From Candidatus Woesebacteria bacterium (GTDB taxonomy: Bacteria; Patescibacteriota; Microgenomatia; UBA1400; UBA1396): a DNA stretch of 64,000 bases. This document shows positions 1 to 10,567 of the stretch, one piece after another (positions within the stretch are counted from its first letter, which is position 1; every line of letters starts with the position of its first letter). The stretch is from positions 25,532-89,531 of the forward strand of contig CAVVNJ010000003.1 of assembly GCA_963749595.1 (NCBI GenBank), written 5' to 3'. The notes under the pieces were generated by a model, which saw nothing but the letters and a program-made list of their open reading frames with translations, did not search any database and was not told where the DNA came from. The position numbers were made by a program, and so were the translations under genes.

Positions 1-561
1 GCCTTTTATTGTCGCGAGCTGGCGCGAAATCCGCAAGTGGTCTGGATTTCCGAGTTCTCGCCCCAGGTCTGAGGGCGCTCAAATGGCATTTCCCTTTCCG
101 CAACCGGGTGATTGCCGCCTGGCCTAGGGGTGCTGGTGATTGAGGGCGGCCCGCATAGCGGCACGATAATCACCGCCAACGCCGCGATCGAGTTAGACCG
201 AAAAGTAATGGTGCTTTCCGCCTCTGGCTACAACAAAAATACTGAAGTATTGCAGAAGTTTTCCGAGCGATGATGCGGTCCAGATTGTGGTGACGTGGAA
301 AATATTCTCGATTATTTGGAGATTGCCGCATCGCGGGAAGCGCGCGCGTCGGTTCTTCTCAATCTGGCCGAAAACATAAACCGAGAAACATTTTTTTGCG
401 ACAATTACTGGCCACGGTGGCCGTGTCCTGACTCTTCGCTGTAGATTCCTGATTGCATTGACTACGAAACCTGGGAGAATACCCGTTTTGAGCTCGAGGC
501 CCGCGGCGTTATTACGCAGCGTCTGGGTACCTGTGAGCTCGCCGGTATGGTACAGTCTTAG
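1..561 (+). CDS. dprA: DNA-processing protein DprA/Smf, 3' part running off the left edge; frame broken several times
   Basis: Pieces in three + frames read HFPFRNRVIAAW / GVLVIEGGPHSGTIITANAAIELDRKVMVLSASGY / VENILDYLEI / ELEARGVITQRLGTCELAGMVQS*. These resemble the DprA core (FPxRNRII...VvEa..SGslITA..Al..gR.V.a.pG) and its tail. It lies directly upstream of topA. Confidence 0.5.
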
Positions 562-564
562 TTT

Positions 565-2672
565 ATGAACCTCGTAATTGTTGAATCGCCGACCAAAGCC
601 AAGAAATTGTCCCAGTATCTCGGGGCCGATTTTGTGGTGGAGGCTTCGCGCGGCCATGTGCGCGATTTGCCGAAATCCAAATTGGGCGTGGACATTGAGA
701 AGGATTTTGCGCCGACTTATCAACCGATTCGCGGTTCGGGGCCGATTATTAAAAAGTTAGCCGGACTTGGCGAAAAAAGCCGATCATATTTATCTCGCCA
801 CTGACCCGGACCGGGAAGGGGAGGCGATTTCCTGGCATCTGTTGGAGTCCTGGGAAAACAAGAAAGTTGTCCGAGAAGGCGGAGCGCGCCGTATTCCATG
901 AGATTACCAAAGATGCGGTGCTAGCGGCGATCGCCCACCCGCAGAAGCTGAACGTGGATCTTATTGATGCCCAACAGGCGCGCCGTGTTTTAGATCGCTT
1001 GGTGGGTTACAAGATGTCACCGGTGCTCTGGAAGAAGGTCCGCCGCGGTTTGTCAGCCGGCCGGGTACAGTCGGTGGCGTTGCGATTGATCGTGGAGCGC
1101 GAGTTGGAAATCGAGGCCTTCAAACCGGAAGAGTACTGGGAGGTAGACGTTGAACTTTCTGCCGAGAAGGGCAAGTTCCTGGCCAGGGTAGTCGAGCTTG
1201 GTGGCCAGGCTTACGAACCCCACAGCCAAAAAGACGTCGACGGAGTGACTAACTGGGCTAAAGAAGCGGTCTATTCAGTCCGGGACATTGAGAAAAAGCA
1301 ACGTACTCGCCGGGCTTTGTCGCCGTTTACGACCTCGACTTTGCAGCAGGCGGCGGCGAACCGACTGGGCTATAGCGCCCGGCGCACGATGCAGCTGGCG
1401 CAGCAATTGTATGAAGAGGGATTTATTACTTACCACCGTACCGACTCCACCGCGTTGTCTAGTCAGGCAATCAGTATCGCCCGCGACTATATTTCCCGGG
1501 AGTTTGGCGCCAAGTATCTGCCGGAAAAACCGAACCTTTATCGCCACCAAAAGCAAAAATGCCCAGGAAGCTCATGAAGCGATCCGCGCTACCAGCGATC
1601 AATCCGCGGTTGAAGAAAACGGCAAGTTTACCGCGCCGCACGTCAAGCTTTATGATCTGATTTTCCGCCGCTTTATGGCCAGCCAAATGAATGCGGCCGT
1701 TTACGATCAGACTACCATTACCGCCAAGGGTGAAAAAGGACAAAATTCCCTGGCCGCCCGCGTGACCGGATCGGTGATCACCTTCGACGGTTGGATGAAG
1801 CTTTTTCCCGGCGGCGAAGACGTTATTTTGCCGGAAGTGGCGGTCGGGGACAAGCTTGACCTGCTCGATTTATTGACGGCGCAAAAGTTCACCCAGCCGC
1901 CGCCGCGCTTCAACGATGCCTCATTAGTTAAAGAGCTGGAGAAGCGGGGGATCGGCCGACCGAGCACTTACGCCTCGATTATTTCCGTCATTATCGACCG
2001 TAGCTACGTTGAGCGGGTAAACAAAGCCTTTGCACCGACGCCGATCGGACGGACCGTTGATACCTTTTTAGTGAAGAATTTTCCCCGAGATTTTGGATTA
2101 TGACTTTACCGCCCACATGGAAGACGATCTGGACGAGATCGCGCTCGGCCACAAAAAATGGACCAAGGTGTTGGCGGATTTTTACGGACCGTTCGAGAAA
2201 AAGTTGATCGAGGTGGAAAAGACGGCCGAGCGCGCGCCGATTCCGATCGAACCGTTGGACAAGCCCTGTCCCAAGTGCGGCGTTTCCGCAGAAGAATTTG
2301 CCAAATTGGCGGAGCAGCACCAGACTCTGGTCGACCTCTGACCGCCGGCGGAAAAGAGGCTTACCGAGCCGCGAGAACACGAGCAGGGCGAGTTAATTAT
2401 TCGCACCGGTCGTTTCGGCAAGTTCATTTCCTGTACTCGTTATCCCGATTGCGACTTCACCGATAAGTATCCTCGAGACGATCGACATGCCTTGTCCCAA
2501 ATGCGGCGAAGGCGAGGTGGTGGTCAAGCGGACCAAGACCGGCCGGAATTTTTATGGTTGTTCGCGCTATCCGGAATGTGACTTCGCCAGTTGGAGCAAA
2601 CCCGGCGTCAAAAAAGAGAAAATTGGGCGAGCAAGACAGAGGTTGGGGCCGAATGATGTATTCGGACGTTGA
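565..2672 (+). CDS. topA: DNA topoisomerase I, reading frame interrupted at least five times
   Basis: [29 protein letters not shown] (Toprim), [66 protein letters not shown] and C-terminal CPKCG / C.RYP.CDF zinc ribbons. The pieces are spread over ORFs 565-804, 867-1577, 1288-2103, 2093-2341 and 2487-2672. Confidence 0.9.
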
Positions 2673-3209
2673 TTTGCGGGCGGCGATCGAAATGGGCGAG
2701 CTTAGGGTCAAGCCTTTGTGGAGCAACATATCTCCGGCGCGACCATCGATTTGACTTTGCACGACACTTTTTTAGTTTTTCGCAATACCAGCGTGACCCA
2801 TATTGACGTGCGCGAGCCGTTCGACGTTACGGAAAAAGTGAAGGTCAAGGCCAGCGATCAAATCTTTCGTGATTCATCCGGGCGAGTTCGTCTTGGGCAG
2901 TACGGCCGAAATTGTTACCTTGGCGCCGAGCATCAGCGGCATCATTGAGGGCCGTTCCAGCCTGGGCCGGATCGGCCTCATCGTCCACGCGACCGCCTCG
3001 ATGGTCAAACCGGGATTTGCCGGTTATCTGACGCTTGGAGATGACCAACATCAGCAAATTGCCGATTAAGTTATACGCTGGCATGCGCATCGCTCAACTG
3101 GCGATGATGGCGCTGCGAACACCCTCGTCCCAAGCCGTACACTACCGACAATAAGTATCAGAACCAAGACACGCCCAATCCGTCGAAAATCTGGAAGGAC
3201 TTTGAATGA
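2653..3209 (+). CDS. dcd: dCTP deaminase, frameshifted
   Basis: [95 protein letters not shown] and NKYQNQDTPNPSKIWKDFE* lie in shifting frames (ORFs 2554-2754, 2718-2948, 2869-3069 and onward). Confidence 0.8.
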
Positions 3210-3660
3210 ACATGAAGTTTAAGTTATTCGATCCGTCGTTGCCGCCACCGAAATACCAGACCAAGGGTGCGGTGGCTTTTGATTTGGCGGCCCGGGAAGA
3301 AACGATTATTCCGCCCGGAGAAGTCAAGTTGGTACCGCTTAAATATCGCGATCGAGTTGCCTCCGCGATCATTGGGCGCTGCTGGCGGCGCGGTCCTCGC
3401 TGCATAAAAAGGGCTTGATGCTGGCCAACGGGATCGGAGTGGGAGACGCGGATTATTGCGGCGATAACGACGAGTACCGCGCCGCGCTCTACAACCGGAC
3501 GGCATCAGCCGGTAACGGTGGAAAAAGGGGAGCGGGTAGTGCAGATGCTGATCTTGCCCTATGCTCGAGTCGATCTGGAGAGTGGTTGAACATCTGGGCA
3601 ATGCGATCGCGGCGGGTTTGGCAGCTACCGGCCGTTGAAGGTCAGACCTTCCAGAGGTGA
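3206..3660 (+). CDS. dut: dUTP diphosphatase, frameshifted
   Basis: MNMKFKLFDPSLPPPKYQTKGAVAFDLAAREETIIPPGEVKLVP, then in other frames LMLANGIGVGDADYCGDNDEYRAALYN and a ...VEHLGN tail. ATGA overlap with the dcd stop. Confidence 0.75.
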
Positions 3661-3690
3661 GTGCGTCCAAGGTTAGTCCCTCAAATTCCT
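3638..3690 (+). repeat. Gene-end repeat module, copy a: 13-bp palindrome AAGGTCAGACCTT + CCAGAGGTGA + GGTTAGTCCCTCAAATTCC
   Basis: aaggtcagaccttccagaggtga at 3638-3660 and ggttagtccctcaaattcc at 3671-3689. Related copies lie at 28306-28358 and 59991-60057. It supplies the last codons (GQTFQR*) and stop of the dut ORF. Confidence 0.7.
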
Positions 3691-3832
3691 TGCAAAAACT
3701 TCTGGTAAAAAAACTTTTGTCGGATGTGCTCACGCTCTTCACCATTTGTTGTTTTTTGATGTAGTTGACTCTAATTTCTCCAACATTTAGCGATTCGATT
3801 GTGGCAAAACGCAACATCGGTAGTGTATTGGA

Positions 3833-4156
3833 GTGACCAGAAATTACCAGACGTACCCAATCAATATTCACAGCCTGGATTACCTCCGGTATCTGCAGAA
3901 GTTGTTTTATCAGGATCGCCCGGTTCTGGAAGCGCATAATCCAAAATATTGCTGCCTTCTTGGGTTTTTTAATTCCGGCGAGATCGAAGAACTTAATGGG
4001 CATACGTCTGACGGCATGACTTTGGAAAAGTATCGCGAACAGGAGATTGCGGATATCGCCATCTTTGCCCTTGGCATCTTGCGCAAGATAGGGGATTGCC
4101 TCGACAGACAATTGGCTCAAGGATTTTGTCAGCAGAGAGCACTTGAGTTTTTCTGA
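3833..4156 (+). CDS. Hypothetical protein, weak MazG/dCTPase-like nucleotide pyrophosphohydrolase resemblance
   Basis: 107-aa ORF in an AT-richer stretch. EQEIADIAIFALGILRKIG resembles the MazG-type EE.aDv..y.l helix. No other support. Confidence 0.35.
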   Translation: MTRNYQTYPINIHSLDYLRYLQKLFYQDRPVLEAHNPKYCCLLGFFNSGEIEELNGHTSDGMTLEKYREQEIADIAIFALGILRKIGDCLDRQLAQGFCQQRALEFF

Positions 4157-4312
4157 TGGCGGTTGGAATGATCCGATTAAATTCGATCAAGATCGGGAGA
4201 GCAAATACTTGGCACTCAAAACCGGTTAGAAAGCCAAGCTGGTGCTCTAGCCTCTATCGATTTTAAAGGACAAGTCGACGCCAATTCGCTTTTACCTGAA
4301 TTACGCGAAATC

Positions 4313-4612
4313 ATGAGCCAGCATCTAGATCAAATTATGGGTCTGACCTGGAGCTTATTCTCCCTATTAGAAGTAAATCCACATGAGGCAATCATTGAAA
4401 AAGACGGTCGCAACGTCGTCAAATATGACGCTAAAGAATTTCAACACAGTCAACGGGAGAGTTTGCCAAGTTATTGGTACCACTGGACTTTGAAGAGATT
4501 GTCCGGAGAGAAATATCAACGACTCGAGGGTTATGCTTTTGCGAAGAAGAAAATCAATCGTTGGTTTGGGCAGAGAAAACTTAATCAAGAATTTTACGCT
4601 GACTATCGATAA
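4313..4612 (+). CDS. Hypothetical protein (possibly the continuation of the preceding MazG-like gene)
   Basis: 99-aa ORF. LEVNPHEAIIEKDGRNVVKY resembles the C-terminal helix of MazG-like proteins. Weak. Confidence 0.3.
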   Translation: MSQHLDQIMGLTWSLFSLLEVNPHEAIIEKDGRNVVKYDAKEFQHSQRESLPSYWYHWTLKRLSGEKYQRLEGYAFAKKKINRWFGQRKLNQEFYADYR

Positions 4613-4654
4613 GGTTTTGGCATCGGTACAGTGATATAGTTAGAGAGGGGCAAG

Positions 4655-5302
4655 ATGGATCAACGCGACGAAGGACAAGGCTGGCTAATCTCTTTTGAAG
4701 GTGGCGAGGGGGCCGGCAAGACCGTCCAAATCAAACGTCTCCGCGACCGCTTGTTTTCTTGTGGCAAAGAAGTCGTCGCCCTGCGTGAGCCTGGCGGGAC
4801 CGTCATTTCCGAGCAGATCCGCGAGGTCGTTCTGTCCGCCAAAAATATCGGCATCGCTTACACCGCGGAAGTGCTGTTGTTTCAGGCGGCTCGGGCACAG
4901 TTGTATCGCGAGATTGTGCTGCCAAGCTTGAAGTCCGGCAAAGTGGTCCTGATGGATCGTACGCGCGATTCTTCCGTGGTTTACCAGGGCATGGTGCGTG
5001 GTTTTGGGGTCGACTTAATCGAGCAATTAAACGACATTTCCACGGCTAATACTTATCCGGACGTCACATTCTTGTTGGACGTTGCTCCGGAAATTGGCCT
5101 GAAGCGGCGGATTGACGCCGGTGATGCCAATCGGCTGGAAATGGAGAAACTAGATTTTCACGAGCAGGTCCGCCAAGGTTATTTGCAAATAGCGGAGCAG
5201 GATAATCGTGATCGCTGGCAAATTATTGATGCTTCCCGCTCCATTGAAGATATTGAGGAAGATGTCTGGGAGGAAATCCAAGCGCGGGGAGTGTGCGCGT
5301 GA
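4655..5302 (+). CDS. tmk: Thymidylate kinase
   Basis: GWLISFEGGEGAGKTVQIKRL P-loop, REPGGT, and DRTRDSSVVYQG in the position of the DRY motif. Typical length of 215 aa. Confidence 0.9.
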   Translation: MDQRDEGQGWLISFEGGEGAGKTVQIKRLRDRLFSCGKEVVALREPGGTVISEQIREVVLSAKNIGIAYTAEVLLFQAARAQLYREIVLPSLKSGKVVLMDRTRDSSVVYQGMVRGFGVDLIEQLNDISTANTYPDVTFLLDVAPEIGLKRRIDAGDANRLEMEKLDFHEQVRQGYLQIAEQDNRDRWQIIDASRSIEDIEEDVWEEIQARGVCA

Positions 5303-6141
5303 GGCGCGTTGGCGCGCATCTTTCGATTGCCGGGGCGCTGACCAACGCGGTTGATTCGGCCGTAAAAATTGAGGCCAATTGTCTGCAAATTTTTTCCGGT
5401 TCGCCACGGAGCTGGGCGCGCAAGCCGCTGAATCCGACCGAGCTGACTGGCTTCAAAAAATATGCCTATGACCATGACATTCGGCCAATCTTCGTTCACG
5501 CCTTGTACTTAATCAATCTTGGCAGCAGAAATAAAGAACTTGTTCAAAAATCGGTAAATGCACTGATTTATGACCTAAAGTTTGGGCAATATTTCGCTTG
5601 CGCCGGGGTGGTGGTTCATTTGGGCTCCCTCCTGGTAGGCGATTGGCCGGCTAGCAGGGAAAAGATCGCAGTGCTAATTAGGCAAATAATCGACGAAGCC
5701 GGTTCCAACGTGCCGTTGTTGTTAGAAAACTCGGCCGGACAGAAAGGAAAACTTTGTTCCGATTTGGGCGAGATCCGCTGGTTATTGGACGCCGTTGATC
5801 GGCCAACGCTGGGTTGGTGTTACGACGTTTGTCACGGCTGGGCAGCGGGTTATTCGATTGGCGATGATGGCGGTGAGCGAGATTTATTGGCCGAGCTAGA
5901 TCGACTGGAATTGTGGGACACCCTGAAATGTATTCACGCTAATGATTCGCGCGATACTTTTGGCAGCCACCGCGACCGGCACGACAACGTTGGCCGCGGC
6001 AATGTTCCGGCCGAAAGTTTTCAGAAGTTACTGCACCACCCTCGGGCGAAATCGATTTCCCTGATTACCGAAGCACCCGGACTTGATGGCAAGGGTCCGG
6101 ACGCTTTCAACGTGGCCGCCCTCCGGCGCTTTTCCGTTTGA
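5293..6141 (+). CDS. nfo: Endonuclease IV (AP endonuclease, Nfo family)
   Basis: VGAHLSIAG...NCLQIFSGSPRSW, VVHLGS, LLENSAGQKGKL, CYDVCHGWAAGY and HANDSRDTFGSHRDRHDNVGRG match the Nfo metal-binding blocks. Confidence 0.85.
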   Translation: MRVRRVGAHLSIAGALTNAVDSAVKIEANCLQIFSGSPRSWARKPLNPTELTGFKKYAYDHDIRPIFVHALYLINLGSRNKELVQKSVNALIYDLKFGQYFACAGVVVHLGSLLVGDWPASREKIAVLIRQIIDEAGSNVPLLLENSAGQKGKLCSDLGEIRWLLDAVDRPTLGWCYDVCHGWAAGYSIGDDGGERDLLAELDRLELWDTLKCIHANDSRDTFGSHRDRHDNVGRGNVPAESFQKLLHHPRAKSISLITEAPGLDGKGPDAFNVAALRRFSV

Positions 6142-6167
6142 GGATCGGATGGCCGTATAATCGAGCC

Positions 6168-7082
6168 ATGGCGATTCGCTTTGACGGAAAATTGTTTGCC
6201 CAAAATAAACTCGATCGCGTGGCGGAGCGGGTGACTCAGTGGCGGTTACATCACGATCGTCCGCCCAAACTAGTTTCGATCTTCCCTTATGAGGACCATT
6301 CCAGCGTGACCTACACTAAACTCAAGCAGAGAGATGCTGAGTCAGTCGGAATGGTTTATGAGGCTTTGCCATTATCTTTGCGCGCGCCGCGGGGGGACTG
6401 GCTAAAGGCCGTCCACGCCGCGGCGCGCAACCGCAACGTTGACGGATTGCTGGTTCAAAAACCCTCCGCCGAACGTTTTCTGGCGGTCCATGGCGGCCAA
6501 TATGAACAATTTTCCAACTGGTGGTCCGGCATTGCCGAAAGTATTCCGCCTGGCAAGGACGTCGACTGCCTAGCACCACTGTCGCTATTTCGCTTAGAAC
6601 AATTATCTGAACAAATCCGCTCGGGACGCCAGCTGGTTCACGACAATCTCGACGCTTATATTTTTCCCGCCACCGCCCAGGCCGTGATCGACATCGCGCT
6701 CGACCTTAGCTGGAGTCTGGAAGCCCTGCGCCAAAAAAAGGTGGTGGTGATCGGCCGCTCCGTGATTGTCGGAAAACCGGCCAGTTATGGTTTCCACCTA
6801 TTAGGAGTCGACTGTGACTTAATTTCTTCCCAAAGCGATTTGGAAAAAATCCTTCCCGCCGCCGATATTATTGTCTCGGCTTCTGGTCGAGCGAGTTTGG
6901 TGTCGGCTGATTGGGTTAAACCTGGTTCTATCCTAATCGACGTCGGTGCGCCGTTGCCGGAATTCTCGCCCGCCGCCATTGATAGATCGAGCGCCTGGAC
7001 TCCCGTTCCAGGTGGGGTTGGGCCGGTGACGCGCGCTTGTCTGTTAGAAAATCTCTTCAAATTACAAAAACCGGGTATCTGA
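6168..7082 (+). CDS. folD: Methylenetetrahydrofolate dehydrogenase/cyclohydrolase (FolD-like)
   Basis: MAIRFDGKLFAQ..., VVVIGRSVIVGKPAS, IIVSASGRASLVSADWVKPGSILIDVG and TPVPGGVGPVTRACLLENL. Start moved to the ATG at 6168, which has TATAAT at 6156-6161. Confidence 0.8.
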   Translation: MAIRFDGKLFAQNKLDRVAERVTQWRLHHDRPPKLVSIFPYEDHSSVTYTKLKQRDAESVGMVYEALPLSLRAPRGDWLKAVHAAARNRNVDGLLVQKPSAERFLAVHGGQYEQFSNWWSGIAESIPPGKDVDCLAPLSLFRLEQLSEQIRSGRQLVHDNLDAYIFPATAQAVIDIALDLSWSLEALRQKKVVVIGRSVIVGKPASYGFHLLGVDCDLISSQSDLEKILPAADIIVSASGRASLVSADWVKPGSILIDVGAPLPEFSPAAIDRSSAWTPVPGGVGPVTRACLLENLFKLQKPGI

Positions 7083-7115
7083 CATATAATAAGAAAAATC
7101 CTGGGAAAGGGAATT

Positions 7116-7844
7116 ATGGCGAGCGGTCAAGGGTTGAAGTACCATCGGATCCTCTTAAAAATTTCGGGCGAATCGTTAGCCGGCGACAAAGAGAGCGGCC
7201 TCGATCCGAGTTTTATTCAATATATCGCCAAAGAAATTGTCCAAGTGGTGAAGGCGGGAGTGCAGGTGGCGCTAGTGCCCGGTGGTGGCAACTTGATGCG
7301 GGGGGCGGCCGCCAGCGCCGATGGCAAGATGGACCGGGCTACAGCCGACTATATGGGCATGTTGGCCACGGTATTCAACGGCCTGGCGCTGCAAGACGCG
7401 CTGGAGACTTCCGGCCTGGACACGCGACTAATGAGTGCGATTCACATGATGGAGGTCGCCGAGCCGTTTATTCGCCGCCGCGCCATTCGCCACCTGGAAA
7501 AGGGGAGATTGGTAATTTTAGGTGCCGGTACCGGCTTGCCTTACGTGACCACGGATACCGGCGCGGCGTTGCGTGGTCTGGAGTTGAAATGCGACGCCAT
7601 TCTCAAAGCGACCAAAGTCGACGGTGTTTACACCGAGGATCCGGTCAAGAATCCCAAGGCGACATTGCTGAAAGATGTGTCTTTCCGCGAAGCGCTGACC
7701 AACGACAAAATCAAGATTATGGACGACTCAGCGATTGCCTTGTGCCGGGATAGCAATGTCCACATTGTGGTCTTTAACGTTTACACGCCGGGAAATCTGC
7801 TGAAAGTCGTGCGGGGCGAGAAGATCGGGACGATCGTTTCTTAA
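7116..7844 (+). CDS. pyrH: UMP kinase
   Basis: [48 protein letters not shown] and [25 protein letters not shown]. Confidence 0.95.
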   Translation: MASGQGLKYHRILLKISGESLAGDKESGLDPSFIQYIAKEIVQVVKAGVQVALVPGGGNLMRGAAASADGKMDRATADYMGMLATVFNGLALQDALETSGLDTRLMSAIHMMEVAEPFIRRRAIRHLEKGRLVILGAGTGLPYVTTDTGAALRGLELKCDAILKATKVDGVYTEDPVKNPKATLLKDVSFREALTNDKIKIMDDSAIALCRDSNVHIVVFNVYTPGNLLKVVRGEKIGTIVS

Positions 7845-8476
7845 CGTAAGATCTCGTTCACAATTTGCGGCCAGGTTTTCGCGTGACGGTTGTGCCGCGT
7901 TCTTTCCGTTTTGATTAGGCGCGCCTTAATCTGGGGAAAGTTATATTTTTGGATTAAATTAAACAACAGTTCCGAATCATCAATCATCAGCATGATGACA
8001 TCGTAGTAATGGGCTAGATCCAATAACACATCGATTTTCCATTCGGCGTCAGCGTTGTAGAGACCAGGACTAGCGATGACGGTGCGGTCTGGGAATCCAG
8101 AGGTGACAATCTCATTATGGGTTAGTTGTTCTAAGTGGCTTGGCCGAGCGGTTAAGTAGAGCAGAACATGTGGGGCTAGCGTCTCCAGCGCCTCCCGCGC
8201 TCCGGAAACTGGCCTCATTTCAGTATTAAACTTTCGGTTGAAAATCATTTCTGTCTGTAAAAAATGAAGATCTTCTTTGCCAAAAATGGGCAGGTAAATT
8301 TTATGACCGTGGCGGGAAAAATTAGCAAAGGACGGCAGAGCCTCGGGCGAGACGCCATAAACCTGAATCGCAATTTTATTGAGCTGTTCATAGGAGCGAC
8401 GACGAGAATCAAAGACCGTCTCATCAACGTCAACGGCCAGCTTGATTCCGGTTTGTTCTTTCTGATTAAATTTCAT
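7841..8476 (-). CDS. HAD-superfamily hydrolase-like protein, paralog 1
   Basis: The DxDxT motif ([12 protein letters not shown]) and LYLTARP (motif II Thr) support the call. It is about half identical by eye to the neighbouring gene. Confidence 0.6.
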   Translation of the reverse strand: MKFNQKEQTGIKLAVDVDETVFDSRRRSYEQLNKIAIQVYGVSPEALPSFANFSRHGHKIYLPIFGKEDLHFLQTEMIFNRKFNTEMRPVSGAREALETLAPHVLLYLTARPSHLEQLTHNEIVTSGFPDRTVIASPGLYNADAEWKIDVLLDLAHYYDVIMLMIDDSELLFNLIQKYNFPQIKARLIKTERTRHNRHAKTWPQIVNEILR

Positions 8477-8495
8477 CGGAGTTCACCTGGGTCGA

Positions 8496-9137
8496 TTACC
8501 GAAGCAAGTCTTCAACAATTTCCGGCCAGGTCATGGCATCAGGATGGTTGGGGGTGTTGGGCCCTTTGAACAAACGGGACTTCACCGCGGGAAGGTCAAA
8601 GCTGTGGATGGCGCGATGTAGGGCGAAAGAATTATCAATTATTACCATGGTGGCTTCATGGTGCCAAGCTAAGTCATTAAGTACGCTGATTTTCCAGACG
8701 GGTGGGGGATTAAATTCATTCGGGCTGGCAATAACTGGTCGATTGGGAAAATTATTGCGTTGCAAATCAGCGTGGGTGACATCCCGCAAATGTCTCGGTC
8801 GAGCGGTCAGATAGAATAAAACGTGTGGAGCCAAAGCAGCCATAGCCTCCTGGGCACCCGGAACTGGCTCCATAGTAGCGTTGAATTTCCGACTTTGGAT
8901 CATCTGATCCTGCAGAAAAAAGAAATTTTCTCCAAGGGTAGGTTTGTAAACCTTGGGACCTTGTTGACAAAAAGCGACATAAGAAGGCAAACGTTTGGCT
9001 TCTGCGCCATAGACTTGGGTAGCAATCTTATTTAGCTGTTCCCAAGTGCGGCGGAGACTATTGACCAGAGTTTCGTCAACGTCGACAACCAGCCAGCGGG
9101 GTCCGGTTCCAGTCTCGATCGGTCTCATCTTTTTCAT
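8496..9137 (-). CDS. HAD-superfamily hydrolase-like protein, paralog 2
   Basis: LVVDVDETLVNS and FYLTARP. It is collinear with the 7841-8476 product ([29 protein letters not shown]). Confidence 0.6.
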   Translation of the reverse strand: MKKMRPIETGTGPRWLVVDVDETLVNSLRRTWEQLNKIATQVYGAEAKRLPSYVAFCQQGPKVYKPTLGENFFFLQDQMIQSRKFNATMEPVPGAQEAMAALAPHVLFYLTARPRHLRDVTHADLQRNNFPNRPVIASPNEFNPPPVWKISVLNDLAWHHEATMVIIDNSFALHRAIHSFDLPAVKSRLFKGPNTPNHPDAMTWPEIVEDLLR

Positions 9138-9278
9138 ACCGCGGAATTATAGGATAGTTTGATTTGAGTGTCAAGTGTGATATACTACCGCTCGGTAAAA
9201 ACTTACACCTCGCGGCGCAACCTTGCCGTTAACGGTAAATCGCGGGGGAGGGCCCAAAAGGCAAGAAAAAGGAGCAGT

Positions 9279-9992
9279 ATGGCGGAGAAAACGTCCAAAA
9301 TACTCAGGTTGATTTAAAAGCGTTATTGGAAGCCGGCGTCCATTTCGGACACCAGGCTCAGCGCTGGAATCCCAAGATGCGCCAGTATATTTACGACGCT
9401 CGCGACGGGGTCCATATTTTCGATTTGGTCAAGACGGCAGAGCAGCTGGAGCAGGCCATGAACTTTGCCCGCGAATTGGGCAAGCAGGGCAAAACCCTGG
9501 TTTTTGTCGGTACCAAGCGCCAAGCCGGCGATATCGTCAAAGAAGCCGCCCAATCGGTTGGCGCCATGTACATCACCACCCGTTGGCTCGGTGGTCTGAT
9601 CACCAACTGGGAACAGGTCAGCAAGTCGATCCGCAAGATGAACGACATTAAAAAGGGTTTGGCCGAGGGCAAATATCGACCAGTACACCAAGTACGAACG
9701 CACCCAGCTGCAAAAAACGGCCGATCGTTTGTCTCGCTTTTTTGAAGGCGTCGCTGAATTAAACCGCATTCCGGACGCGATCTTTGTCGTTGACGTTTCC
9801 GAGGAATCGGTGGCAATTAAGGAAGCCAAGACCGTCGGTGTGCCGATTATTGCCGTGGTGGACAGCAACGGCAATCCGGAAGATATTAACTTTGTCATTC
9901 CGGGTAACGACGACGCCGTGTCCTCGATTAAGATCCTGACTGACCTGGTCGCGCAGGCTTACGGTGAGGGCAAGAAATTGGGGAGCAAGTAA
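9279..9992 (+). CDS. rpsB: 30S ribosomal protein S2, frameshifted (at least two breaks)
   Basis: An SD (aaaaaggag) precedes the ATG at 9279. LLEAGVHFGHQAQRWNPKM, VFVGTKRQA, RWLGGLITNW, then in another frame AIFVVDVSEESVAIKEAKTVGVPIIAVVDSNGNPEDINFVIPGNDDA. Confidence 0.9.
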
Positions 9993-9993
9993 T

Positions 9994-10561
9994 ATGGCGG
10001 TCACGATGGATCAAGTCAAGCAACTGCGCGAAGAAACCGGTGCCGGCATCATGGACGCCAAGCACGCGTTGGAAGAAGCCAACGGTGATCTCGATCGGGC
10101 CCGCCAATTGGTGAAAGAACGTGGCTTCACCAAAGCGGAGAAGAAAGCCGATCGCGAGACCAACGAGGGTTTCGTGGGTGTTTACGTCCACACCAACGGT
10201 AAGTTGGCCGCCATGGTGACGTTGCTCTGTGAAACGGATTTCGTGGCCCGTAATGATGAATTCCGCACCCTCGCCAAGGAACTGGCAATGCAGGTGGCCA
10301 GCATGGAACCGGCTAACGTCGAAGAACTTTACGAGCAGGAATACTATCCGCGACGGTCGCAATATTCGCGACATGGTGAAGGGTCTTTCCGGAAAGGTCG
10401 GGGAGAATATTACTGGTCGGCGAGTTTCGTTTGTTGCGGATCTAGGTTCGGTAATATTCTACCGAGGCGGAAATTTTTTCTTCACCCCAATCAAAAGGCT
10501 TGAGAAATTCATGGCCGCGGCGATCAAAGAAGCAGAGCAGGCGGTCGAAGAAGGGCGGTAA
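9994..10561 (+). CDS. tsf: Elongation factor Ts (short form), frameshifted; 3' end uncertain
   Basis: MAVTMDQVKQLREETGAGIMDAKHALEEANGDLDRARQLVKERG (UBA-like N-terminus) and GKLAAMVTLLCETDFVARNDEF. The frame changes near 10340-10400, and the stop is at 10503 or 10561. Confidence 0.8.
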
Positions 10562-10567
10562 ATATGA

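Noticed and set aside
193-723. 176-aa minus-strand ORF overlapping the dprA tail and the topA start
   Set aside because: It is antisense to two well-supported plus-strand genes and has no recognisable features.
3224-4120. 298-aa minus-strand ORF, one of the longest in the first 5 kb
   Set aside because: It runs antisense across dut and the MazG-like ORFs. It has an Arg/Pro/Ser-rich, low-complexity composition and no motif. It is most likely a shadow ORF of the plus-strand genes.
5300-5302. Possibility of an alternative genetic code (UGA recoding, as in some candidate phyla)
   Set aside because: Well-conserved genes (tmk, nfo, dcd, dnaB, several array paralogs) terminate at TGA at the expected protein length. 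No conserved protein needs an in-frame TGA read through. The standard code 11 fits.
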